Source of the DNA: Trichodelitschia bisporula
Taxonomy: Eukaryota
Assembly (NCBI GenBank): GCA_010356995.1
Contig: ML996688.1
Span: 1,886,561 to 1,906,560, forward strand
Direction: 5' to 3'
DNA length: 20,000 nt
The position numbers and the translations under genes were made by a program. The notes under the pieces were generated by a model. That model did not search any database. It was not told the DNA's origin and was given only the letters and a program-made list of their open reading frames with translations. This document shows positions 1 through 11,455 of the stretch, one piece after another. The first letter of the stretch is position 1. The number at the start of each line of letters is the position of its first letter.

Positions 1-190
1 TATCAGACGCGTACGAGTTGGAGAGCAGCACGCGTGCGGCGTGGGCATCGACAAGTTCAGTCAGAAATTGGCTCCATGTCTTGCTACCCCGGGAGCACCT
101 GCGCTCAATTGTCTTTACGGAGTCCTGGAAGCCGTGGAGCTCAACATGAGAGGCCAGTGCATCGTCCAGCTTGGTGTCAACGCGGCCCTG
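1..190 (-). CDS. Possible exon of an unidentified gene running off the left edge of the window
   Basis: A minus-strand frame is open for 63 codons from 190 to 2 (QGRVDTKLDDALASHVELHGFQDSVKTIERRCSRGSKTWSQFLTELVDAHAARVLLSNSYASD) and is preceded by a TAG that could be a splice acceptor. No clear branch site and no recognisable homology. Confidence 0.25.
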
Positions 191-787
191 CTAGAGGCCT
201 TGGGAAGCTGGTGCGGTGCTTCGTGCAATCGAGAATCCGTTAGGTATAGACATTGATGGTGCGAATCCTGACCAATTCCTCGCGCAAGATGAATCTTGCT
301 GAATATTGACGCGGAGTTGCCATCGGCTGAGTTGTCATCTCGGCGGCGTTTTGGCATAGGCTCGCGGGTATCTGAGTTGCGGCGGTGTCCCAATTGCCTC
401 AACCATTTGGATTCTGATAGAGTAATAGGCAAAAGTAGCCAAAGAGAGGGGGTGAGAAAAGCTGCTTGTCGATATCGTGCAAAGGGTGAAAGTGAGTGAA
501 GTCCATGAAGTAAAGTTGTCGTCAGGTTTCAACGACATCGGGAGATGAGGTCAAGGGCAATCTGAAAAAGTCGTCCCAGTTACCTGATAGTCTCTGCCTC
601 TCACTCTGCGAAATGCTGCGTAATGTGCGGACAGAACTCTCTGCGAAACGGCTTGGATTATTTCTGGGTGGCGCTTGCGCCCTGGACCTCCGGGCGGTGT
701 GGCGGGGCAATATCCTGTCAAACTCCGCTCCGCAACCTCGCCCACCAGCGCCGTCGACAATTATCCCCCGATCCATCACCACCCACC

Positions 788-1201
788 ATGGCCGTCCCAC
801 GTTCGCGGATATTGGACCTCATGCGGGTAAGCTCGCTTCCTCCAGCGCCATCAACACTAACCCCCAGGCCCAATGCCGCATCTTCAACACAACCTTCAAC
901 CCCACAGGCCAACGCCAGGGCGGCAAAGTCCTACGGCAACGCCTCCGCGGCCCCGCCATCGTGGACTACTACCCACCGCGCGTGCGCGTAGTCCAGGAGC
1001 TGAAGCGCGCGTATCCGACATGGGAGTTTGAGGATGAGGAGGAAGACGATCGGTTGGAGAGTATTAAGATGCGGAAGCAGAGGGGCAAGGGCGCGCCGAA
1101 GAAGCGGACTGCGGCTGGTAGGTTGATTCATGTGCGGGTTTGGGGTGGAACTGATGAGGGCAGAGTCGAAGCAGCTTACGAAGCGGAGACCGAAGAACTA
1201 G
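788..1201 (+). CDS. RSM27: Mitochondrial small ribosomal subunit protein mS33 (Rsm27); exons 788-826, 868-1117, 1164-1201
   Basis: Spliced product MAVPRSRILDLMR-AQCRIFNTTFNPTGQRQGGKVLRQRLRGPAIVDYYP...RKQRGKGAPKKRTAA-ESKQLTKRRPKN matches the Rsm27/mS33 pattern (IF.T.FNP...R.G.K.LR.RLRGP...YYP; RGKG.PKK). Introns 827-867 (GTAAGC..CTAAC..CAG) and 1118-1163 (GTAGGT..CTGAT..CAG). Confidence 0.93.
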
Positions 1202-1773
1202 GGCGAGGTGGAGCGGATGGGGGAGTGGGGAGGTGTATGAGTACTTTTGCGCTGCTTGTAGAGGGGAAAGGCGGCTTGTTGCTGCGGTTTATGAATATAC
1301 GCAACGCCCTCTTCATACGAAAGCCTTTGGTACTGTTGCTGTGTGCATGTGCCTGCCGCGATATCCTCTTCGCAGCGGCTAATATTCACTCCAAGGGGCC
1401 AGATCTCACCTTACTGATGAGCTACAAGCTAACTCCGGGGCGGCCAGACGTGGGCCATCTCACATATCATGAAATGGCGAGATCTTACGATCTGGAGCTT
1501 CATACAGTCCCTTATCCTCTCACAACGCGCTCTATTATGACGACGCTGACGCTAAACAAGGACGGCCGAAAACTCTACTCATTGGAGCTAGGCAGACCAA
1601 GCGGAACCTGAAGGGCTCAGCGGAAGGCGGATGCACATAGGCAAAGCCTTAAATACAACGTGCCTTCAGATTTTCGGGAACGATCCGCACTTTGAACACA
1701 TGCGAAAGCATATACTGACACCGGGGAAAGGTCGGGGGAGAAGGACTTGCAAGCTCTCTACCTACAAGCAGTC

Positions 1774-1890
1774 GGGGTATCATGAACGTCAATGGAATAG
1801 GAAGTACGAGCCAGGGTATCTTGAACGCGGATGGAAACAGAAAGCATACGCGCCGGGGTATCTTGAACGCGGATGAAGCAGAAAACAAGC
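1774..1890. repeat. Three imperfect tandem repeats, period 39-42 nt, core GGGTATC(T/A)TGAACG
   Basis: gggtatcatgaacgtcaatggaa at 1775, gggtatcttgaacgcggatggaa at 1814 and gggtatcttgaacgcggatgaag at 1856. Confidence 0.85.
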
Positions 1891-2081
1891 AAACAAACAG
1901 ACATGAGAATCAATGCCACTCGTCTCCGAGAAGCTTCCGGGACCACCGACGACAAAGAAGATGCGACCTTCCACCATATAACTCCCAGGAACTCCATGAA
2001 AACCTAGTTGATAAAGCCCCCGAAACCCAGGTACAACACGCATCGTAAGCCCGTCTCATCGGCATGCCATGCATCTCCCCA

Positions 2082-3768
2082 TTAAGTTGGGACTTGAAGA
2101 GGAGCAAACTTCCTCGGCGCAGTCTGGCAGTCAATCTTCGTCTCGCGGATGAAATCAGGCAGCAGAAATCCACCCTGGATAGCGCCACCGGCTGTCTTGC
2201 GCTTGAAGAACCGACAAAGACGTGTCTTGAGCGTCCGAGGCTCCGACTCCCGTTTGTGGATGGTACCAGTCACGTAGTTCTTGAAAAGCACAGCGTACGT
2301 GAAGGCAGTCCCCTCCTGGCTGCAACAAAGGACGGAAGGCGAGTTGTCTTCACAGCCCCGCGGCGAGTCCTCGGTGCGCCACAGGAGGGACGCGGACTGG
2401 ATATGCGTTTCGCGGTCCCAGATGTAGCAGGTACCCTCTGCGATTGCCTGCTCGGGTTTGTCGAAGGAACGCATCTCGGGGTGGACGTTCATGTTGGCTA
2501 GGAAACAGGGTGCGCCATCCAGTACCGTGCTGTAATTCGGGGCCCAGGGGCGGAGGCTGGTTATGGCGCCAGTTGGTAGGTACAACTTGGGGAGATCGTC
2601 GCCTTTGACGACGGAGATGTCGTGTTCATAACTGAACGGGAAGGGGCGGAGAAGGTTGAGGTTCTTGTCAAAGGTCTCGTCGATGCGCCCCATCTTGACC
2701 GAAGGCTTTCCGATGTTGATATTTATTTTAGGTTTCCCGGCGCCCCCGGCAACGTCGACCCGCTTTCCACCTTTGCAGCGAATGTCCACTTTCTTGCCGA
2801 CCGAACTGGTAGGCGGACCTTGAGGAAGATCGCGGTTTGCAATCTTGGAAAACTTTTTCTTGAGACGATTCATGTGGTCAATAACGGCGCGATGGAGTGT
2901 ATCCTTTTCGCCGGCGGTCTTTGCATAGGCATGGGAGGGCACCGTGATAAGCTTTGTCTCCTTGCCATTCGGATCCTCAGAGTAGTCATTGTAACTGAGG
3001 CGAAGTCCGACGGCGGCAGGCGAATTGGCCTTATGCGGCGCAGGCTTGAAATCGGCGACGCTATATCTCACGCGCAACTGCCCGATGAAGGGGCACACCC
3101 CGCGGTTGTTGACTTCTCGAAAGAGGACTTTCTTGCTGGAGTAAAGGATGACAACGTACCCGGAGATGTAGACCTGTGCGCCAACGGCGGCCGGGAACGT
3201 GTCGCGAATGATTTCGAGATCTTCGTGGCCGAAGAACCGGCGAGGGTTCAGCGGGCCGGAAAGTGGATCTTCGATGGGCTCAATATCATGCAGGGGGAAG
3301 TAAAAGGGCGAGTCCGTTACGAGATGACTGCCTGGAATGATATGGACGTCCGTTCCAGCGACCTTCAAAGCGCATGGCTCATCTGACTCGTCAACGGCCC
3401 AGAACCTACGGGAACCGGAGCGCTCTGTGATGATGTAGACTTTGTTGCGGAAGGCGAGGGATGGATGGTGGGTGCGGAGGAGCGCTTCGTTGTTGTGGAT
3501 TAGATGTCTTTCTGTGTTGGCGCGGATGGCGGCAACATCGGGTGGGCCCCACTGTTTCGACTTGGAGCCTGACTGGTCAGTGAGTGTATGGCAAAGTAGA
3601 GGTCGACTTACGAGGCACCTCACGGACGGTATAGGGTCCGTCGGGCTGGCCGTTGAGGAAAGATGGCCGGTAGTCGACGTCGGCCAGAGGGATTGAGAGA
3701 ATGTTGTATTGCCTCGGGTTGGACCCGATCGTGAAGTCCGAGTACTTTCTCTTCGTGCTTCGCTTCAT
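2082..3768 (-). CDS. Hypothetical protein, ~547 aa; exons 3768-3612 and 3568-2082; possible degenerate trypsin-like serine protease fold in the C-terminal half
   Basis: A 43-nt intron at 3611-3569 (GTAAGT..CTGAC..CAG) joins the long ORF in frame to an upstream ATG exon (MKRSTKRKYSDFTIG...), giving 548 codons. Motifs VGLRL..ITVPSHAY, HDISVV and GCEDNSPSVLCC. The CDS call is much firmer than the fold call. Confidence 0.8.
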
Positions 3769-4962
3769 AGTGGCGGTGTTTGTAGATTGGGTGCTGGGTG
3801 GACAGCTGTGTTGGCGGACTGTACAAACAGATTTTGGAGTTTCGTGAGGAGTAAAGGGGATGGATGTTTGGGGGAGGAATGGTGGGAGAGTGAGTATATA
3901 GTTCATGACGACCGTATTGTGCGCGAAAGGCTGTCAAGCCATTATAAGTGTAATGCGGGTTTCTTGGCTGTCAAAATGTACAGTGATATGTCTGATGCTG
4001 GATATCAGACGGGATCACCGACCCCCGAAGGGGCAGGACCCATGCCACGTATTTTGCGGCACATCTGTCAAATGTCAACGAGTCTCATGGCACTGCTAGA
4101 GCTAGGGTACCTTATAAAGCCCGATCATCTAGGGATGCTATCAGCTGTACCTCCACAATTGCAGCATATAAGCCCCCACCCTCATCACCTTCAACTTCTC
4201 CACGGCCGAACCACCAGTTCCCAACGGCTCCTCATGCCTTTCATAATCGGCCTCTTCCCCGCGCGGGAGTGAAGGGATGAAGGACAGCCGCGAACATCAT
4301 CATTATTCTCTGTTTAACCGTTTCAGCAGTGTAGACTTGTTGTATAAGTATATCATTGTACTCCATGTCTGGAGAGGGGCAGTCTCGGAGACGCTCAACA
4401 CCGGTCGGAGGAAGGTATTGTCATGACGTTAGTCTTCCGAGTACTGTCAAAATATAAACAAGGCAAACGAGGGCATCGCCAATGGAACGAAAGCACCATA
4501 CGCAGTATATATGATAGAGGTCTTTGAGTGTAGGTAACAAGAGGAGGAGAGCGTTTAAGCGTCCGCCCGTCCGACTCTTGAGATCAAAAACAGTGCATGT
4601 AGGCCACAGCCGAGTCACAACTAAAAGATGTGCTGTAAAAATTGTCTCGTGAATGCGATCACCCCGAGTTCACCACATCCTCTGAAGGTGAAGACGGAAG
4701 CTGTCAAGAAGGCTGACGTCGGACCTAAGTCGAGATAGTTCGAGGCCCGTGCTCAGCCAAGCCGCCAAAGTCCGAGAGAAGTCCAGGGCTGGGGCGACGA
4801 CGCAACCGGGGCCGCTCACCTCCGACCACCCCCCAAACCACAACCTCATCCCCGCAAACCCCCCTCTATCGCCTCTCACCAAGCTCTGCGCACTCTCACC
4901 ACCACCGCCTATTCCTCACCACTTAGCACAGTTCCCCGCGCAGCGACGCGCCTACCGCCACC

Positions 4963-5372
4963 ATGAAGCCCGTTGTTTCTGCTATGAATGCTTGGAGCTG
5001 GTAAGCTCCTTATGGAAGCCTGGGAGCTCGGGCTAATAAGCGCAGCATTGTCGTGTCGGTCTTTGCGATCATCATTCTTTCCACTATCGGCACTATGTTC
5101 AAGGTAGACCAACCTCCGCGGCGCGCATGCTGGATCTGGGCTGACGGGACAGAACAACAATCACATCATGATGGGTAAAGCAGAGGACCCGAAGGATGGC
5201 AAGGCCGTTGGTGCTGCCGTATTCGGCGCTGTGGCCGTGTACCTGGTGCGTCTCATCTGCTGTTACTGCTGGCTACATGGCACTGACAATCTAGGGTTTC
5301 CTCGTCTTCTGCGCCAGTCAAGCATGGCTGCACGTGCGGGAGAGCCGGCGGGGCGCGATAGCACTTTCATAA
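4963..5372 (+). CDS. Small two-TM protein, RNase K (RNASEK) / V-ATPase V0 subunit f-like, 88 aa; exons 4963-5000, 5046-5103, 5153-5245, 5295-5372
   Basis: Spliced product MKPVVSAMNAWSCIVVSVFAIIILSTIGTMFKNNNHIMMGKAEDPKDGKAVGAAVFGAVAVYLGFLVFCASQAWLHVRESRRGAIALS. Three canonical introns, strong start context ccgccaccATG. Resembles yeast YPR170W-B (M.PVVS...AW.C.V.S.F...IL...DP.DG.AV...V..A..VY..F.VFC..Q). Confidence 0.88.
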
Positions 5373-5604
5373 GCACATGGGCGGTTGACACTGGCGTTTT
5401 GGGGGTGTTTGATCATTGGTTCAGTGGGTACATAATGCTTCCGACATCCTGAATGCAATGGCTCCTTTGGCCGTCTACAACTGGGCCTCTACCGATTTGC
5501 TTTTGCCGCTTCTTGTTCGGCTCTGCTGTTCCTATTTCGCCACTCCGCCGATGCCCGCCTATGCCATTTTCCCAGCCAAAACGCCGCAAATAGAAACCGT
5601 TAAA

Positions 5605-7480
5605 TCACTGATCATCGCTAGATGCTCCATCGTCATCCAGATCCTTACTCATGTATGGACCGTCCAAGTGGTATCCCAGGCGCGCATAATACGACCGTAC
5701 ACCCACGCCACTGATAACGGAGATCTTCTTGCTCCCGTGTTCGAACCGCGCGATGCGCTCCGCTTCCTCCATCAGCAGCGTCCCGAAGCCCTGGTGCTGG
5801 AACTTGCGGGGGTCGCGCGCGTGCACTGGCACAGCGCTGCCGTAGACATGCAGCTCGCGCACCAGACTAGTCGGCTGGCCCTTCAGCTCTGGACGGAATG
5901 TGTGGGTATCGCTGCACTTGCGCAGGCGTAGCAGCGCAATCAGAATGTCTTGCTTCGGGTCCTCGTACGCCAGGAACGTCTCCCACCCGCCGTTGGCAGC
6001 GTAGTCACGGCGCACGAGCTCAACCTGCGACGGCCGGATCTTATGCTTAACCTCGTTAATACCAACCTCCCGAGTGCGTACGTCGCGGCATGTGGTCCCG
6101 AAGTCCTTCATGCGCGCTAGCGCCAGCTCCCGCAGGTTACCGTTCTCTACGCCTGCCGTCACCAAGGGCATAGGGATGTCGCGCTGCACGCGGTAGATAC
6201 GCGTCCATGGCGGGACGAGCGCGAGGATGCGTGCAACAATGTCAATGAGCTCATTGGGCGTGTAGTTCTTGTACCGCCCCGTCCGCCAGAGCTCGTACAG
6301 GCCGGTGCCGCGGATGACGAGCGTGGGGTAAATCTTAAGGCCGTCGGTACGGAAGGCAGGATTCTCAAAATACTCGCGGAACTGGTCGAGGTCGCGCTCC
6401 ATGCCGACGTTGGGCAAGTCCGGCATCATATGCGAGACTACCTTGAAGCCGGCGTCCTTTGCGAGGCGGAAGGTCTCGGCAACGGCGGCGACAGTGTGGC
6501 CACGGTTCGTGTCCCGCGCGACGTCCTCGTAGAGCGACTGCACACCGATCTCAAGGCGCGTACAGCCGTAGCGCAGCATGGCTGAGAGGTGTGAGTCGAG
6601 GCAGTAGTCGGGACGTGTCTCGATGGTGATGCCGACACACTTGATGGCCGACATCTCCCCCGCGGCGACCGCCTCATCGACGTCCTTCGTGCTGTAGCCA
6701 CTGAGCGCGTTGTGCAGCTGTGCGATGAAGCCGTCGCGGTATGACGCAGGCAGCGACATGAAGGTACCACCCATGATGATGTACTCAACCTTGTCGACGC
6801 TGTGTCCGAGCGCCTTGATCTGGTCGACGCGGCCACGCGCCTGTTCGTAGGGGTCGTAACGTGCTCGAATGGCGCGCATCGATGTCGGCTCGTACCCGGT
6901 ATAGGACTGTGTCGAATACTCGAAGTCGGAGTCCGGGCCGCCAGGGCAGTAGACACATATGTTGCCGGTATAGGCGATGTGGGGGCAACGATGAGGCTTG
7001 CACATGACGGCGACGACGGCAATGCCGGATGATGTTCCTGAGAGCTCATGAGTATTTGGTGAAGAGGTCAAGGATGAACTACAGAAGCGGAGGGCTGGGA
7101 TGGCAGAGGCGAAAGGCAAGGATACGACGCACAACTGGAGCGGGCAACGGAGAGTGGAGAGGCGTACTTATGGGCTTCGCTATCAATTTGGGCAGAATGT
7201 ACTTCTTGTAGTGTTCCGGCACCGCCGCGATGATGGCCACGAGCGGCGGCTGCTGGCTGAGATAGTGCTTTTTGGCCATTTGGCCGCGCAGAGCGTTGAG
7301 GTTGAGGTCCTTTTTCGGCGCCTTATTATCCAGCTGCGACTCATGATCCTCGATCAAAGCGTTCACGATGTCGGCGCAGCAGCGCATGTAGCGCTCGTTT
7401 TCTGGAGGGAGCTTGACATTTTTGGGCAGTCTGCGGGGTCGAGTCTCTGTGGCCGTAGAGGTGGCCGTAGAGGTGGTCAT
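5605..7480 (-). CDS. ELP3: Elongator complex catalytic subunit (radical SAM + GNAT acetyltransferase); exons 7480-7168 and 7037-5605
   Basis: Splicing out intron 7167-7038 restores [55 protein letters not shown]. Also [18 protein letters not shown] and the acetyl-CoA motif [11 protein letters not shown]. Confidence 0.98.
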
Positions 7481-7825
7481 AGTGGGGGTAGTCGTTTGCG
7501 TGAGAACGGGCTCAGTAGGTTTGGAGTACAGTTGACTACGGTTGACTGAGTGTAGAATGACTGTGACGTAGATATCTCGAAAAACTGGCTCTATAAGTGG
7601 CGATATCAGAAGTTGTTGTCTCGTCTTGACCGTCGGAAGAAAAGCCGCCCACATGTCCCACACGTGGGGCATAATGGGGTTGCCAAGCCACGGCTTCCTT
7701 CACCCTCCCCGGCTTGTCCTTGCGGCGTTTGGCTATTCGCATCCGCCCAGGACAACAACATCAAGAACCTCCCCTCACCTTTCCTCAATTCCGCACACCC
7801 CTACCCATTGAGCCTGTCCCTTACA
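7481..7825. promoter_or_regulatory. Divergent (putative bidirectional) promoter region between ELP3 and the succinyl-CoA ligase alpha gene; contains CACGTG at 7661-7666
   Basis: Only 345 bp separate the two head-to-head ATGs; an E-box sits near the middle; pyrimidine-rich tract precedes the ATG at 7826. Confidence 0.6.
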
Positions 7826-9133
<1,308 letters not shown>

Positions 9134-9367
9134 GCGATGATACCACTACCAATGGGAGAGCGCGCGTCTTGATATAGCCATTGCATACGATTGAGTGATT
9201 ATAACGGGTAATCGCAATATTTGATGTCGTCTTGCACGATTGATTATTTGAGGAGCGCTGAAGTCATGTGACCTGCCTGCCGCCCCAAGCTGCGGAGAGC
9301 TTCCCTCGACTCGGACTTGTGACAGGACCTCCGTCGCGCTGCATCCAACTCGTGCCACACCGCAGCA

Positions 9368-10823
9368 ATGCTGTCCGGAATCCTCATCTTCAACCAAAAA
9401 GGCGAAAATCTCATTTTCCGCTCCTTTCGCTCCGACTGCCGCCCACGGCTAGCCGATATCTTCCGCATCCAGGTCATCTCCAACGTCCATGTCCGCTCGC
9501 CCATCCTTACGCTCGGATCGACAACTTTCAGCCACATCCGACACGAGAACATTTACTTGGTGGCGGTGACGAAGAGCAATGCAAATGCCGCGCTCGTATT
9601 TGAGTTCCTCGAGCGCCTGCGCGCGCTGGGGAAGAGCTATTTCGGCAAGTTCGATGAGGAGGCCGTGAAGAACAACTTTGTGCTGGTATATGAGCTCCTC
9701 GACGGTGGGTACACTTGCTGCGACGCTTGTGATGGCGACACATGCGCAAATGCTGATGTAGGCAGAGATCCTCGACTTTGGTTACCCGCAGAACACGGAG
9801 ACGGAGACGCTGAAGATGTATATTACAACGGAGGGAGTGAAATCGGAGCGCAATATTGTAGGTCCACTGGTGCCACTTCTTGAATGCACTAACCGGAGCA
9901 GGAGGATACGTCTAAGATCACAATGCAGGCCACCGGCGCGCTATCATGGCGACGATCCGATGTCAAATACCGTAAGAATGAGGCCTTTGTCGACGTCATT
10001 GAGGACGTCAATCTGCTCATGTCGGCGACGGGCACCGTATTGCGCGCCGACGTCAACGGCCAGATTGTGATGCGCGCATACCTGTCGGGCACGCCGGAGT
10101 GCAAGTTTGGGCTCAACGACCGGTTGACATTGGGGGAGGACAATCTGGCGCCATCGGGCAACCGCGCCGGCACAAAGGCGACGCGCGCAGCGGCGGGCTC
10201 AGTCACGCTTGAGGACTGCCAATTTCATCAGTGTGTCAAGCTGGGCAAGTTCGACACGGATCGCATTATCAGCTTCGTGCCGCCGGACGGCGAGTTTGAG
10301 CTCATGCGGTACCGCGCAACGGAGAACGTCAACCTACCGTTCAAGGTACATGCCATTGTCAACGAGGTCAACAAAACCCGTGTCGACTACAGCATCGCCA
10401 TCCGCGCCAACTACGGCAGCAAGCTCTTTGCCACAAATGTCGTCATCCGCATCCCGACGCCGCTCAACACGGCGCGCATTAGTGAGCGTGTGTCGCAGGG
10501 TAAGGCCAAGTACGAGCCGGAGCAAAACAATATCGTATGGAAGATTCAACGCTTCTCGGGGCAGTCGGAGTTTGTGCTGAACGCTGAGGCCACGCTGACG
10601 TCCATGACGAACCAGAAAGCATGGAGCCGGCCGCCGCTGAGCCTGAGCTTCTCGCTGCTCATGTTTACGTCGAGCGGCCTGCTGGTGCGGTACTTGAAGG
10701 TGTTTGAGAAGAGCAACTACAGCAGCGTCAAGTGGGTGCGGTATATGACGCGCGCGGGGAATTACGAGATCCGGTGAGTGCGAATGTCTTTATGAGAGTA
10801 TGGTCTAACAGCGCAGGTTTTGA
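9368..10823 (+). CDS. APM4: Clathrin adaptor AP-2 complex mu subunit; introns 9705-9765, 9858-9901, 10774-10816
   Basis: [90 protein letters not shown] and KWVRYMTRAGNYEIRF. These are mu2-type sequences. Confidence 0.96.
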
Positions 10824-11455
10824 TTACTGCATGGCGTTGGGGTTGGGTTGCATGGCTGCCGATGATCTGGGATGGGATTGCTGGCGGTGGTTCTCTGGAG
10901 CTCACGGATGGGCGTGCATTTGATGATAGTGTACATAGGTCAGAGCTCCAACCTCGAGGCGATGCTCGAGGACGGATTCGAAGTGGATGTTGCCCAAATA
11001 CGGATGGTAAAAGGGCCAGAGTCTCCGTGAGATTGTTTGAGGCTGCGCTTGGCGCGTGTTCAAGTCCCGAAATGGCCGAGGTCGCCAACGTGGCCGATTC
11101 CGGTGTGACTCCTGTACCTCCATACTACTCGAACATTTGGAGCATCAATTCAGCATTGGCCGAGGACATGATCGTCAATGCTCGAGAAGCCCATGCCAGA
11201 GATCGGGACGCTGAATGGCTGGCTGGTAGCTGGAATTCCCAGTCCTCTGGTGTCTGCCTTGTCCATCTCATCCCGTATCCCCCATTGTTATCCACCATCT
11301 CGTATTCCCCGCCGTTGATCGCTGCACAGCCCCACCACAACCACACGCGTCTCAACTCCACTTAAGCAAAGTCATGCCGATTTCCGTTCTCAATGTCAAG
11401 TCACCACATTTTATAACGCGAAGGAAAATGTGACGCGGCCACTTGAGCCGAAAAA

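Noticed and set aside
613..1611. 332-aa ORF
   Set aside because: It is a chance extension of RSM27 exon 2 through introns and UTRs; only 868-1117 is real coding sequence in this frame.
1774..1890. CRISPR-like reading of the repeats here and at 15890 and 18485
   Set aside because: Eukaryotic context, few degenerate units, intervening sequences related to each other rather than unique spacers, and no cas genes.
2622..3386. 254-aa plus-strand ORF (and 2064-2501)
   Set aside because: Antisense shadow of the orphan gene with no recognisable motifs.
3709..4272. 187-aa ORF in the intergenic region
   Set aside because: TTG start, overlaps the orphan's first exon in antisense, and shows no recognisable features.
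7443..7480. 12-nt repeat GTGGCCGTAGAG
   Set aside because: Explained as the low-complexity TSTA coding repeat at the ELP3 N-terminus.
7079..7672. N-terminal extension of ELP3 from an ATG at 7672
   Set aside because: The ATG at 7480 has good context (cccactATG) and gives a normal-length Elp3; the upstream ATG lies in the shared promoter.
10820..11365. 181-aa ORF after the AP-2 mu gene
   Set aside because: Non-ATG start overlapping the mu2 stop and 3' UTR; no motifs or splice support.
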